Positions 52,549 through 63,560 of a DNA stretch of 64,000 nucleotides are shown here, piece by piece. Every line of letters begins with the position of its first letter. Position 1 is the first letter of the stretch. Under the pieces are notes generated by a model, which saw only the letters and a list, made by a program, of their open reading frames with translations, did no database searches and was not told the DNA's origin. Made by a program: the position numbers and the translations under genes. Source of the stretch: Syntrophales bacterium (lineage in GTDB: Bacteria > Desulfobacterota > Syntrophia > Syntrophales > PHBD01); assembly GCA_963668175.1 (NCBI GenBank), contig OY764159.1:2784001-2848000 (forward strand). The letters run 5' to 3'.

Positions 52549-52564
52549 TGCAAGTTTCGCGCCA
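52549..52564 (-). promoter_or_regulatory. Sigma-54 promoter of PEP-CTERM gene 1
   Basis: Minus strand TGGCGC-N5-TTGCA, 40 bp upstream of the start. Confidence 0.8.
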
Positions 52565-52628
52565 TGATAGTAACTTGCTCATATTGTTTCAGTTCACTGG
52601 TTAAACGGAATTCGTCTTATATCGCGGA

Positions 52629-52727
52629 TGTAAAATAATCAGACATGTATATTCCTATACATTATTGCGTAACCATATATTATTGCAAGCTTTAAAGAGA
52701 TACGAATAGATGTAATATCTATTTACA
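52629..52727. promoter_or_regulatory. Two TGT-N11-ACA enhancer-like boxes
   Basis: TGTAAAATAATCAGACA (52629) and TGTAATATCTATTTACA (52711) upstream of the sigma-54 site. Confidence 0.65.
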
Positions 52728-53410
52728 GCCTTATATTATTTACAGGTGCCTGCCGGCACATGCGATAAATCGACTGCGGCGCGAATTCGCTTATATTCTC
52801 CTTCCGGACGTCCCGTAATAAGCGCCAACAGCGCATTTTATTCCAGGTAATCACTCATGCGTAATACGATGCTAGACAATATAATAGAATCAGACGCTAC
52901 GTATTTTACATACAATTATAGGCGGTCCGTACAAGATCGATCCATATTATTAATTAATGTTATTAAGCGATAAAATCTCTTTCTTTTTTCAGAGCAGCCG
53001 TTTACAATAACAAATTCACCGGCTGTATCCCACGATTTCCGGTGCAGCTATGACCCGTATAACATATGGAACGTATTACAAAAACGTTGTAATCGGATGG
53101 TTTGTTTGACATAAAATATTGTGTGCCTCATTATAAATCCCGTATAGCGCTCAGTCCTATTCGTATTTCCTTCCATATCTCCAAGCTGGCAGCAAGACGT
53201 TAACGATGTCGGTCAAGGGCAGGCAGCTTCTTCACGGAATATCCGCCTTGGAGTGTGCGGTTAAGCCCGTGGAAGCCGAGGGATGAAGAATCGACGGACG
53301 CAAGCGTCGATATCCGGACGGTTGAGGCAACGAGGACGGAAGAGGCGGCGTTTCGTCATCCGTCTGAAAAAATATCTATGCATTTCGCATGAAGACTTGA
53401 TCGTCGGTTT

Positions 53411-55189
53411 TTGGAGGTCTTTCCGTCAGTGGAAGATGAAACGGTTTTGAGAAATCTGGAAAAGAGAATCGGGGAGTTGGATGAGGCCCTGGCAAAAGCT
53501 AAACAGGCCGAAGAAGCCTTGCGGGAAAGGGTCAAGGCGTTGGATTGCCTCTATGATATCTCCGATATCGTCGATGCGTCGGAATCCATTGAAGACATGC
53601 TGGAGAAGATTGTCGAGAGACTGCCGCATGGCTGGTCCTGCCCAGCCCGCGCCTGTGCGAAAATCAGGTTCGAAGATCGGGAATTCTCGACGGCAAATTA
53701 CGGAGAGACGCCTTGGCGTCTGTCGGAGGACATCCTTGTTCACGGCAGGAAGCTCGGAGAGATCGCCGTGTCCTATCTCGTCCGGAGGCCCGAAAGGGAC
53801 GAGGGGCCCTTCCTGAACGAGGAGCGGAAGCTGATCCGTGTCGTCGCCGCCCGTCTCGGGAGGGTCATCGAGCGCAGGCAGGCGGCGGGGGCGCTTCTGG
53901 AAAGCGAAGAAAGGAATCGCCGCCTGTACGAGAACGAGATGATGGCGATCTGCATTTTCGATGCCGAGACCCTGCGTTTTCTCGATGCCAACGAGACCTT
54001 CGTCAGGCTGTACGGATACGAAAAGGCGGAGCTGCTGAGGGGCATGGGCGCTCCCGACATCTCCGCCGAGAAGGAAGAAACATGGCGATTCATCGAAAGG
54101 ATGTTGTCGTCGGCAAGATCGCATTACGTATCCAAAAGGATGCACCGCAAGAAGAACGGCGACCTCTTCCCCGTGGAAGCCATCGTCATGCCGTCGTTTT
54201 TAAAGGGCAGAAGCATATTCTATGTCATGGCCCGGGACATCACCGAACGCATCGACGCGGAGAAAACGTTGGCCGCCTATCGCGACAATCTGGAAAGAAC
54301 GGTCCGCGAGAGGACGCAGAGGCTTGAAGAGATCAATCGATCCCTGGAAGAAGAAATCATGAAAAGAAACGGGATCGAATCGAAATGGGAAAGGGCGGAG
54401 TTCATCACGAACAGCTCCCGGGAATTGATGACGCTTGTCAGCAGGCGGTACGTTTTCAAAGCCGTCAACGACGCCTTTTGCGCCGCCATAGGCAAAACGC
54501 GCGAACAGATCATCGAGACGAACCTGGCGAAGATTTCGGGCAGGAACAGGTTTTACAGGGTCATGAAGCCGAAGATCGACGGATGTCTGAAAGGCCGGGC
54601 CATCGACGAGGAGGAATGGATCGATTACCCCGTTCTCGGCAGGAGGTATTTCAAGGTCAGCTACGCCCCTTATTGCGGACCGGACGGCGAGGTGACGCAT
54701 GTCTCGATTATCTTCCACGATATGACGGAACGGAAAAAGGCGGAGGACGACCTGCGGGCGAGGTCGCGGGAGCTTGAGGAGACCAATACGGCCTTGCATG
54801 TCGTTATCAGGAAGATTTCCGAGAAAGAAGATATCACGGAGGAGAAGATCAGGTACAACGTCAACGAGATGGTCATACCCTACATCGAGAAGCTGAAACA
54901 GCAACTGACGGGAAAGAGAATGTTTCCCGTCGTGGAGACGCTGGAGAAGAATCTTTATAATATCGTTTCGCCCCTCATGAGAAATCTTTCCGTCAACCGA
55001 AGCCGGCTGACGCCCCAGGAGATGCATATCGCGGAATTGATCAAGCAGGGCAAAACTTCCCAGGAAATCGCGATGCTGCTGAACATTTCCGTCCGCACGG
55101 TGGGAACGCACCGCAACAACATAAGAAAGAAACTGAAACTCACAAACCAGAAAGATTCCCTGAAATCTTCCCTCCTTTCCCTGTCGTGA
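53411..55189 (+). CDS. GAF-like/PAS/PAS LuxR-family transcriptional regulator
   Basis: Two PAS domains; C-terminal LTPQEMHIAELIKQGKTSQEIA…TVGTHRNNIRKKL. Start may be the GTG at 53429. Confidence 0.88.
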   Translation: MEVFPSVEDETVLRNLEKRIGELDEALAKAKQAEEALRERVKALDCLYDISDIVDASESIEDMLEKIVERLPHGWSCPARACAKIRFEDREFSTANYGETPWRLSEDILVHGRKLGEIAVSYLVRRPERDEGPFLNEERKLIRVVAARLGRVIERRQAAGALLESEERNRRLYENEMMAICIFDAETLRFLDANETFVRLYGYEKAELLRGMGAPDISAEKEETWRFIERMLSSARSHYVSKRMHRKKNGDLFPVEAIVMPSFLKGRSIFYVMARDITERIDAEKTLAAYRDNLERTVRERTQRLEEINRSLEEEIMKRNGIESKWERAEFITNSSRELMTLVSRRYVFKAVNDAFCAAIGKTREQIIETNLAKISGRNRFYRVMKPKIDGCLKGRAIDEEEWIDYPVLGRRYFKVSYAPYCGPDGEVTHVSIIFHDMTERKKAEDDLRARSRELEETNTALHVVIRKISEKEDITEEKIRYNVNEMVIPYIEKLKQQLTGKRMFPVVETLEKNLYNIVSPLMRNLSVNRSRLTPQEMHIAELIKQGKTSQEIAMLLNISVRTVGTHRNNIRKKLKLTNQKDSLKSSLLSLS

Positions 55190-55976
55190 CCCATCCCCTG
55201 AGTAAGCAGTGCGTACGCACTATTTAAGTATTGACGACAAATCGTTTCTCCTTGAAAATAATAAACAATTCAAAACGCTATATAGAAGTTTGGTAGAAGT
55301 TGTACCGTCCGCCTCACATTCGTCAAGGCGGAGGGATGCCGGCCGCAGCGGAAGTTCCGCGGCGGAAGATATGTTAAGCGCATAAAGCAATAATATTTCG
55401 CAGAAATCGAGTCAAGTCAAAGCGACGCACTGATCGGCTGTTTCATGCTCTGTCCTCCCGGATTCGGAGGTGCAGCACCACAGGCCAATCGGAAAGGGGA
55501 ATCTTAAGGGGCCGGGCAAAGCGAATCGATCAGTTGCAGCATCAGCGAACACATTCATAAAGGGCAGTTCCTGTTTTCACTTCCTTCCTGAAAGCATTCC
55601 GTCACCGAAGCGAGGATAGCCGTGAAAACGCGATCCGCAAGGACGACGGTCCGCGCCGGCGTCCCCGGATCGGGAGTTTTATCGCCGTGCCGCGAATTTC
55701 CGCAGCAACCCCCTATCGATATCCGTAAGCCGGAGCGGACCCCGAAAGGAAACGAGGTCGCGCCTGACAGCCGGCCCCGGAGACAGGCCCGCCGCATTAT
55801 GAAACCCGGGGAGCGGGACGCCCCGGACATGACGGTGACGAACGATCCGTGACCTGCGTAACGGCAAAGCGGGAATTCGGGAATGGAGGAGCATTCCCTG
55901 AAAAACACGGCCGCGTCTTGCGACCGGTTCAATAAGTATCGGAGTATATTCCGAATCATGAAAGGAGAAACGAGGG

Positions 55977-57545
55977 ATGAGACAACTGAAACTGAGCGTG
56001 AAATTGTGGGGCGGGTTTGCAATCGTTTTGGTCCTGCTTTGCGCAGTCGGGTATGTCGGGGTCAGCAGACTCGGACATCTGAGCGAGGAAGTGAACGACG
56101 TGGCCAACATAAGAGTCCCGGAACTTATAGTACTTTACGATATCATGGAAGATTTCGATATGATGGCCCGGACGGTGCGTTCCCTGCCGCTCACGTCGGA
56201 CCCGGAGATGAATAAGAGCCTGAAGGAGGCCTACTACAAGGCGAAGGAAGAGTTGCTCCAACAGGATATTCCGACGCTCGAAAAAATGCTGGTGACGGCC
56301 AAGGGCAAGGAGCAGGTTGTGCTCATCAAGGCGAGCGTTGCAGATGTTATCGTCCTGAACGACAAAGCCGTGGAAGCAGGCGCCGCCAACAGGAACGAGG
56401 AAGCGGCGGATATCGTCATCAAGCAGATCGTGCCCGTCCAGGCGAAGTTCTTGAAATGCCTAAAAGATTTCCAGGAGAACCTGGCGAAGACGTCGAAGCA
56501 GGACGCCGCCGATGCCGTGAACGCGGCCACGACAGGACGGATCACCATGATCGTTATCGCCCTTGTCGCCCTGGCGGTCGGCATAGTGATCGCGTTCTTT
56601 CTCGTGCGCGGCATCACCCGCCCCCTGAACAGGGTCATCGCCGGGTTGAGCGACGGGGCCGATCAGGTTGCGGCGGCGGCCTCCCAGGTATCCACGGCGG
56701 GACAGTCTCTTGCCGAGGGGACCGCGGAGCAGGCGTCGGCGCTGGAAGAGACGTCGTCCTCCATGGAAGAGATGTCGTCCATGACCAAACGGAACGCCGA
56801 TAACGCCGCCGAGGCCAAGGCCCTGACGCATGAATCGAAAGAGGTTGTGGAGAAGGTCGACGGCCAGATGAAAGGCATGGTGGACGCCGTGCAGGCCATC
56901 AACAAGTCGAGCGAGGAAACGGGAAAGATCATCAAGACCATCGACGAAATCGCCTTCCAGACGAATCTGCTCGCGCTGAACGCGGCCGTCGAGGCGGCCC
57001 GCGCGGGAGAGGCGGGCGCAGGCTTCGCCGTCGTGGCGGACGAAGTCAGGAATCTCGCCATGAGGGCGGCGGAGGCCGCCAAGAACACGAGCAGCCTGAT
57101 CGAGGATACGATCAAGGCCGTGCAGAAGGGCAACGAATTGACGACGGCCACCCAGGAGGCCTTCAAGGAGAATGCGGAGCTCGCCATGAAGGTCGGCCAG
57201 CTGGTGGACGAAATCGCATCCGCCTCGGAGGAACAGTCGCGGGGCATTTCGCAGGTCAGCACCGCCGTCTTGGAGATGGACAAAGTGACGCAGGCGACGG
57301 CGGCCAACGCCGAGGAGTCCGCTGCCGCCGCCGAGGAACTCAACGCCCAGGCGGAGCAGATGAAGGTGTATGTCGGCGATCTGATAACCCTAGTCGGCGG
57401 AAGCGGCGCGAGCAAGGCGACATTGTCTTCCGCCCCGAAGGTATCCTCCGGACTCAGGAAAACGTTGGCCAAACGGGTTTCCCGGAAATCTGTCGACGCG
57501 GAAAAGATTATCCCCTTGAAAGACGACGGCTTCAGCGATTTCTAA
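55977..57545 (+). CDS. Methyl-accepting chemotaxis protein
   Basis: TM-4[38 protein letters not shown]. Confidence 0.96.
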   Translation: MRQLKLSVKLWGGFAIVLVLLCAVGYVGVSRLGHLSEEVNDVANIRVPELIVLYDIMEDFDMMARTVRSLPLTSDPEMNKSLKEAYYKAKEELLQQDIPTLEKMLVTAKGKEQVVLIKASVADVIVLNDKAVEAGAANRNEEAADIVIKQIVPVQAKFLKCLKDFQENLAKTSKQDAADAVNAATTGRITMIVIALVALAVGIVIAFFLVRGITRPLNRVIAGLSDGADQVAAAASQVSTAGQSLAEGTAEQASALEETSSSMEEMSSMTKRNADNAAEAKALTHESKEVVEKVDGQMKGMVDAVQAINKSSEETGKIIKTIDEIAFQTNLLALNAAVEAARAGEAGAGFAVVADEVRNLAMRAAEAAKNTSSLIEDTIKAVQKGNELTTATQEAFKENAELAMKVGQLVDEIASASEEQSRGISQVSTAVLEMDKVTQATAANAEESAAAAEELNAQAEQMKVYVGDLITLVGGSGASKATLSSAPKVSSGLRKTLAKRVSRKSVDAEKIIPLKDDGFSDF

Positions 57546-57907
57546 TCATAGATCCCGCCGCCGGACAGCAAAAATGCCGCGTCGTCAGTTTTCGAATCGG
57601 ACATTAACGATACCGGCCCGGGGCGGGGATTGAGACATGTTATTCCCGGACGGCCTCCGAGCGGGCCGGACCGGTAGGACATCCAGGATGTGGAACGAAA
57701 GGGCGGTATCGGCGCGGCCGATGCTGCCTTTTTGTTTGACTGTATTTATGATCTGTCGGTGTTATCAGATGCGGAGCGCGGGCAGGAAGACGGTCCGCCC
57801 CTCAGTCCTCGAACAAGCCGGGGAAGGCAGCGTGTCCGGCCCGCTGGAAACGAAAAAGGCAGAGCCCGAAGACACTGCCTTTCTTTTCGTTGTTCTCGGA
57901 ATGAGAT

Positions 57908-58495
57908 TTATTTGCGGAACTTCTTTCGTACGACCGCAATACCGGCCAGCCCGAGGCCGAGGAGCATCATGGTCGCCGGTTCGGGAACGGCGTTGGCCTG
58001 CGGCGTGAGCGAGAAATCGACAGAACCAACGTACAATTGGGTATATTGCCCATCTATAGTATCCCAGCCGTTCCAAAGGTACATGCCGTATTTCCCCTCG
58101 CTGTACCAGAAATTCAAGTAGATATCGCCGGTGTTAAACATCAGTCCCCAGTTATCGAGATACGGCTGGGAGCCGTAAAACAGATTATTGTAGTCCATGA
58201 CAAGGTTTCCTCCGCCGGGGGGAACAACTTCCCAATGGGTAGCCGGAACCGAGCCGTCCGCCAATCTGATTGCAAGCGTTCCCAGCCCATTGATCGTGGC
58301 GGAACCGGATGTGATCAGGAAGGTCCCGCCGCCCTGGTCGGTGCCATTTATCGTTCCACTGCCGCTGGCGATTAACGTTCCGATGTCGCCGGTGTGGCCC
58401 GCGTTGGAAAACGTAAAGCTGAACTGTTCCGCTCCCGCCTGACCTACGCACATGAACAAAAGAGCCAATACGAAAAATATTTTAATGCTTTTCAA
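57908..58495 (-). CDS. PEP-CTERM sorting domain protein
   Basis: TTG start after gaggagg, signal peptide; VPEPATMMLLGLGLAGIAVVRKKFRK. Confidence 0.92.
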   Translation of the reverse strand: MKSIKIFFVLALLFMCVGQAGAEQFSFTFSNAGHTGDIGTLIASGSGTINGTDQGGGTFLITSGSATINGLGTLAIRLADGSVPATHWEVVPPGGGNLVMDYNNLFYGSQPYLDNWGLMFNTGDIYLNFWYSEGKYGMYLWNGWDTIDGQYTQLYVGSVDFSLTPQANAVPEPATMMLLGLGLAGIAVVRKKFRK

Positions 58496-58560
58496 AATCG
58501 TCCCCTCCTCGGTCGAATGATTTCTGCCCCTCACCGGCAGGTTTTATATGATTTCTTCTC

Positions 58561-58835
58561 TACACTTTTCATGCCAGACCCGGTCGTGTTACTTATATTA
58601 TCCTCACATAAGAAGTAACGGCCTGATTTGGCAATATATATATTATAGAGCCGGATCGACTTCGGGCGTTTACGGTAGTTTTATGGGAGTATTCCGGGAC
58701 TGGACATGTAAACAATCCCGACAGGTCGATGCCTCTCCAACCGTGCATTTCGGCTCCGGATTTCAAAATAAATCGATGATACTCATAAGTTATAGTCGCC
58801 GGCCGGGGATGAGGCAACTGTAAAATATCCCGACA
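58561..58835 (-). promoter_or_regulatory. Sigma-54-like promoter (58561-58576) and two TGT-N11-ACA boxes (58707, 58819)
   Basis: Minus strand TGGCAT-N5-GTGTA; TGTAAACAATCCCGACA and TGTAAAATATCCCGACA. Confidence 0.6.
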
Positions 58836-59077
58836 CAGGAGTGACACTTTCGAAGGAAACGGCAGCCGGTCATTCCGGGGCCGTCATACTGAATTGCCGG
58901 ATACAACAGGATCGAAGCGAGATAAAATGTAATATCATGATGATATTTTAAAACAATAGGCCTCGTTTCGGCCGGCCGGCGCTGTCGATCGGGAGTAAAA
59001 AAGAGATTTTAGGCCGATCGATGCGTCATAAATGTCATGACTGACGCAAAGCGAGGCTTAGGACATCGCCCTGCCCC

Positions 59078-59518
59078 TCAATCATCGAGAAGCCCGGAGA
59101 AGTAGGGCTTGGATGTCCCCTTCTCGAAGGCTGTGTGGGAGACGGTGCCGTCGGGGTTGACGAAGAAGATGAGGGAGTCGTACTGGAGGAGGTTGCCGTA
59201 GGCGGAGAGGCTCGCGGAGACGCCGCTCACGTTGCTGAAGGGGATGCCGAAGGATATCTGGTTCGCCCGGTAGTGGGCCCTGTGATACAGGAGGGCCGTC
59301 CGGCCTTCCAGGTCCACGACGTCGGCGGGGGCGCCGTACTTGGCGAGGACCTCGTCCAGCGTCGCCTTGCCGGACATGAATTCCTCCGCCGCGGGCGACA
59401 TGGCCTTGCCGTCGTTCACGCGGATGACGCGGAACGTCACGCAGCCCGCCACAAGCGGCAGGACGACGAGCGCCAGCAGCAGAAAGGCGAAGGGACCCTT
59501 TTTAGAAAGGCAGGCCAT
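59078..59518 (-). CDS. Lipoprotein, SmpA/BamE-like fold likely
   Basis: Lipobox VAGC; GKATLDEVLAKYGAP. Confidence 0.7.
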   Translation of the reverse strand: MACLSKKGPFAFLLLALVVLPLVAGCVTFRVIRVNDGKAMSPAAEEFMSGKATLDEVLAKYGAPADVVDLEGRTALLYHRAHYRANQISFGIPFSNVSGVSASLSAYGNLLQYDSLIFFVNPDGTVSHTAFEKGTSKPYFSGLLDD

Positions 59519-59882
59519 AGGCGGCATCGGCGGCTTCCAGGGACCGCCCGTAGTTTGTTACGACGTCGTTGTTGTTGAGGAAAAAGACGAGCCGGTCGTG
59601 CTGGGTGTCCATGTCGATGAAGGTGACGAGGACGAGCCACAGCCCCAGGCTCTTGCTTACGTTGCGGTTGTAAAGGTATGCGTTGCCGTTGGAGAGCTTG
59701 ACGACGGCATTGGGGGCGCCGAAGAGCTTGGTCAGCTCCTGGGCCGTCGTCTTGCCCGGCGTCACCTGGGTCAGGAGCTGCTGGTCGAAGGCTTTGAAAT
59801 CCTTGCTCCTTCCGAAAATGGCGCACCCGCTCAGCAGGGCGGCCGCAACCATCACCGCAATCAGCCTTCTGCCTGTCTTCAT
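59502..59882 (-). CDS. SmpA/OmlA (BamE-like) lipoprotein
   Basis: Lipobox LSGC; PGKTTAQELTKLFGAP…YLY. Confidence 0.75.
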   Translation of the reverse strand: MKTGRRLIAVMVAAALLSGCAIFGRSKDFKAFDQQLLTQVTPGKTTAQELTKLFGAPNAVVKLSNGNAYLYNRNVSKSLGLWLVLVTFIDMDTQHDRLVFFLNNNDVVTNYGRSLEAADAAYGLPF

Positions 59883-59991
59883 CCGTCCTCCCCCTTTCAA
59901 GCCGGCCTCGGTTGCGCCGGACGTTTCAGTATATCCCTTTTCCCGGAAAAAGTCACGCTATCGTCAGGGCGGCCGCAGTCCAAACGGGAGG

Positions 59992-60939
59992 CTAGAGGTC
60001 CTCCTCCGCCAGCTTCTTGATCAGCTGCGCTTGTTTGTCGTTCAGCTTGCGCGGAACGTTGATGCTGATCTTGACGTACTGGTCCCCCTTGGTTGCGCCC
60101 TTGAGGCCGGGGACGCCCAGGCCCTTCAGCCTGACCTTCGTGTTGTTCTGCGTCCCGGGCGGTATCTTCACGCGCTTGATCGAGCCGTCCAGGGTCGGGA
60201 CCTCGATGGACGTTCCCAGGACCGCCTGGCTGAAATTGATGGACTTTTCTATATACAGGTCGTTGCCGTCCCGGGAAAAGAGCGGGTGCGGCTGCACGGT
60301 GATGTTGAGGTATAAGTCGCCCGCGGGGCCTCCCACGGAACCCGGCGAGCCCTTCTCCGCGAGGCGGAGCTTTTTCCCCGTCGCTATGCCCGGCGGGACC
60401 TTGATGTTGATCTCCTCGACGCGGTCTTCCTTCTGGAGGGCGAGCTTCTTCTCCGCCCCAAAGACGGATTCTTCCAGGGATATGGACAGGTTGTAGTGGA
60501 GGTCCTGCCCTTTCTGGGGCTGTCGCCGGTACGGCTGCTGGCCGCCCAGGAAATCGCTGAACGGGTCCTCTTCCGTGTGCTGCTGGAACCCGCCGCCTGG
60601 CCGCCTTCGTCCTCCGGTGCTGTAGCGGAAGGTCCCTCCCCCGCCGCCGAACCCGAATTCGCGCAGGATTTCGGAAAAATCGAAATTCCGGAAGATGTCT
60701 TCCTGCGAGTATCGCTGGCTGAACTGATCGGAGCCGAAATTGTCGTATTGTTTACGTTTATCCGCGTCGGAAAGGACGGCGTAGGCCTCGCTGATCCTCT
60801 TGAACTTCTCTTCCGCCTCCTTGTTGTTGGGGTTGCGGTCGGGATGGAACTTCAGGGCCAGCTTCCTGTAGGCCTTCTTGATGTCGTCCGCCGTTGCGGT
60901 CTTTTCGACGCCCAGTGTCTTGTAATAGTCTTCCGCCAT
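59992..60939 (-). CDS. DnaJ-class co-chaperone without zinc finger (CbpA-like)
   Basis: J domain with HPD, G/F-rich region, DnaJ C-terminal domain, no CxxCxGxG. Confidence 0.93.
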   Translation of the reverse strand: MAEDYYKTLGVEKTATADDIKKAYRKLALKFHPDRNPNNKEAEEKFKRISEAYAVLSDADKRKQYDNFGSDQFSQRYSQEDIFRNFDFSEILREFGFGGGGGTFRYSTGGRRRPGGGFQQHTEEDPFSDFLGGQQPYRRQPQKGQDLHYNLSISLEESVFGAEKKLALQKEDRVEEINIKVPPGIATGKKLRLAEKGSPGSVGGPAGDLYLNITVQPHPLFSRDGNDLYIEKSINFSQAVLGTSIEVPTLDGSIKRVKIPPGTQNNTKVRLKGLGVPGLKGATKGDQYVKISINVPRKLNDKQAQLIKKLAEEDL

Positions 60940-61031
60940 AGTCTCCGTTTGAATATTGCCTTTTTTCAGTAATTTTGTATTACTCTAACAATATTCATTA
61001 ACCCGCGAATGTCAAGGTTTGCGCCCGAGGA

Positions 61032-61610
61032 TCAGGCCTTTTTACCCAGGTGGAACGCCCGGATGTTCGCCTCCACGAGCTTGGGAGGGAACGACGACTT
61101 CAGCGCCTTTTCCCATAACGCATCCTCAAAAGTCAGGTGCGAAGCGAGCGCTCCGAGCACGACCGTGTTTGCGGTCCGGGGATTTCCCGCCTGCTCCGCC
61201 AGTTCCGTGGCCTTGATGTAATGGACGGTCTTGAAGAGCTTCTTCACCTTCTCCAGGATATCGCCGGGGTAAGACGCGTCGCCCAGGTTGACGACCGGGG
61301 GATTGAAACGCTCTTCGCTGACGATCACGATCCCGTCGGGCCTCAGGTAGTCGAGGTAGCGGAGCGCCTCCAGCGTTTCGAAGGCCACGAGCATTTCCAC
61401 GTCGCCCTTGCGGGCCAGGGGCGAATAGACCTTCTCGCCGAAGCAGACGTGGCTCGTCACACAGCCGCCCCTCTGGGCCATGCCGTGGACCTCGCTCTTT
61501 TTGGCGTCGAATCCCGCCTCCATCATGACTTCGCAGCAGATATCGCTCGCGCGCAGTATTCCCTGCCCTCCCACGCCGGCCAGCAGTATGTTTCTGACTT
61601 CATTCTTCAT
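61032..61610 (-). CDS. iorB: Indolepyruvate ferredoxin oxidoreductase beta subunit
   Basis: GVGGQG, SEVHGMAQRGG. Confidence 0.94.
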   Translation of the reverse strand: MKNEVRNILLAGVGGQGILRASDICCEVMMEAGFDAKKSEVHGMAQRGGCVTSHVCFGEKVYSPLARKGDVEMLVAFETLEALRYLDYLRPDGIVIVSEERFNPPVVNLGDASYPGDILEKVKKLFKTVHYIKATELAEQAGNPRTANTVVLGALASHLTFEDALWEKALKSSFPPKLVEANIRAFHLGKKA

Positions 61611-61614
61611 CGGA

Positions 61615-63402
61615 TTAATCCTCCTTCACTATGGCGCCGACTTTGCAGAGCTGCTGGCAAACGGTGCAGCCGTTGCACAGGGCCGCATCGATGACGGACA
61701 GGCCTTCCTGTTTCTTGGCGTTCTTTTTGACGTCCTTGGGGTCCATGCCGTCGAACTTCTTCCACGCGATGGCCGGGCAGCCGATGCCGAGGCATGTCTT
61801 GCAGCCGACGCATTTGTCCGGGTCGACCCTGAGGGCCTTCTCGGCGGGCGCCGCCGCTCTCTTGAAGAGGACGCAGGACCTTCTCGAGATGACGACGGAG
61901 GGCCCGGGGTTCGCCAGTTCCTGGTCGAGGGCGGCCTTCATGGCCTTGAGGTCGTACGGATCGACGACCTGGACGTTGTCCACGCCGAGGGACCGGCACA
62001 GGGCCTCGATGTCGAGGGCCTTGGTCTTCTCGCCCTGGATGGTGAAGCCGGTGGCCGGATGCTCCTGCATGCCGGTCATGGCCGTAGTCCGGTTGTCGCA
62101 GATGACGACGACGGCGTTGCTCTTGTTGTAGACCATGTTGAGGAGCGGCGTGATCCCCGAATGGATGAACGTCGAATCGCCGATGACCGCCACGATCTTG
62201 CCCTTCCCCTTTTCCTTCAGGGCCTTGCTCATCCCGTGGGCCATGCCGATGCTGGCGCCCATACAGATGCAGGAATGGAGCCCCTCCAGCGGTTTCAGGA
62301 AGGAGAGCGTGTAGCAGCCGATGTCGCCCGTGACGAAGGCCTTGGTCTTCTTGAGGACGGCAAAGAGCGCCCGGTGCGGGCAGCCGGGACATAGGTTCGG
62401 CGGCCGGGCCGGAATCGCCTCCACGGGGGCCGTCGCCGGTTTGTTGCCCGTCATGGCCGCTTCGATGACGCCGGGGTCGAATTCGTTCGTGAACGGGAAG
62501 ATCGCCTTGCCCGTGACCTCGATGCCCATGGCCCGGATCTGGTCCTCGATGAAGGGGTCCATCTCCTCGATGACGTAGAGTTTTTTCACCTTCGACGCGA
62601 ATTCCCGTATCATTTTCTCGGGCAGGGGATTGACCATGCCGAGCTTGAGGTACGAATAGCCGGGGAAGACCGCCTTGGCGTAATTGTAGGGGAGCCCCGC
62701 CGTGACGATGCCCACCTCGGGGTCGCCCATTTCGATCTTGTTGATCGGTAAAGTCTCGGCGAACGTTTTCAGGGCCGCCGATCTCTTCTCGACTTCCAGG
62801 CGGCGCAGACGGGCGAGGGCGGGGACCATGACGTACTTCATGGCGTTGAAGGTAATGGCCGTCTTGTCCTCGGCGGGTTTCGGCTTGTCGATCTTCACGA
62901 CGGACTTGGAGTGCGAAAGGCGCGTCGTCGTCCGGAGGAAGACGGGCGTGTCGAACTGTTCGCTGATATCGAAGGCCAGCTTTATGAAGTCCTTGCCCTC
63001 CTGGGAGTCGGACGGTTCCAGCATGGGAATCCTGGCGAATTTCGCGTAATTCCGGTTGTCCTGTTCGTTCTGGGAGCTGTGGAGGGAGGGGTCGTCGGCG
63101 CTGATGATGACGAGGGCCCCGTTGGTCCCGGTATAGCTGACGGTGAATAAGGGGTCGGCGGCCACGTTCACCCCGACGTGCTTCATGGTCACCAGGGCCT
63201 TGGCCCCGGCCATGGCGGCCCCGATGCCGACTTCCAGGGCGACCTTCTCGTTGGGGGACCATTCGGCGTACACGCCTTCGTTCTTTGCGAACTCCTCCAT
63301 GATCTCCGTGCTGGGAGTACCCGGATAGCCCGAGGCGAACGTTACGCCGTGCTCGTAGGCTCCTCTCGCAATGGCCTCATTTCCCGACATGAGCTTCTTC
63401 AT
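61615..63402 (-). CDS. iorA: Indolepyruvate ferredoxin oxidoreductase alpha subunit
   Basis: GNEAIARG, YPGTPSTE, MKHVG, CPGCPH, GDIGCY, GDSTF, C-terminal 2x[4Fe-4S] motifs. Confidence 0.95.
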   Translation of the reverse strand: MKKLMSGNEAIARGAYEHGVTFASGYPGTPSTEIMEEFAKNEGVYAEWSPNEKVALEVGIGAAMAGAKALVTMKHVGVNVAADPLFTVSYTGTNGALVIISADDPSLHSSQNEQDNRNYAKFARIPMLEPSDSQEGKDFIKLAFDISEQFDTPVFLRTTTRLSHSKSVVKIDKPKPAEDKTAITFNAMKYVMVPALARLRRLEVEKRSAALKTFAETLPINKIEMGDPEVGIVTAGLPYNYAKAVFPGYSYLKLGMVNPLPEKMIREFASKVKKLYVIEEMDPFIEDQIRAMGIEVTGKAIFPFTNEFDPGVIEAAMTGNKPATAPVEAIPARPPNLCPGCPHRALFAVLKKTKAFVTGDIGCYTLSFLKPLEGLHSCICMGASIGMAHGMSKALKEKGKGKIVAVIGDSTFIHSGITPLLNMVYNKSNAVVVICDNRTTAMTGMQEHPATGFTIQGEKTKALDIEALCRSLGVDNVQVVDPYDLKAMKAALDQELANPGPSVVISRRSCVLFKRAAAPAEKALRVDPDKCVGCKTCLGIGCPAIAWKKFDGMDPKDVKKNAKKQEGLSVIDAALCNGCTVCQQLCKVGAIVKED

Positions 63403-63560
63403 AAAATCTCCTTGCAGTGTTGTAATAAGGAAAACCCGGCGGCGGGCGACTAGGCAAAGGAAAGGAGGGACCTGTTATTTCGATAACCGTTTGCCGCTGT
63501 CCCCTGTATCAGACCCGGCCGCATGATTCATGCCCGCCGTCTTTCGCGGCGGGCACCGGG

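Noticed and set aside
55200..55970. c-di-GMP or other riboswitch in the long MCP leader
   Set aside because: Several hairpins and GCAAA/GAAA words are present, but I could not assemble a GEMM consensus. An Infernal/Rfam scan is needed.
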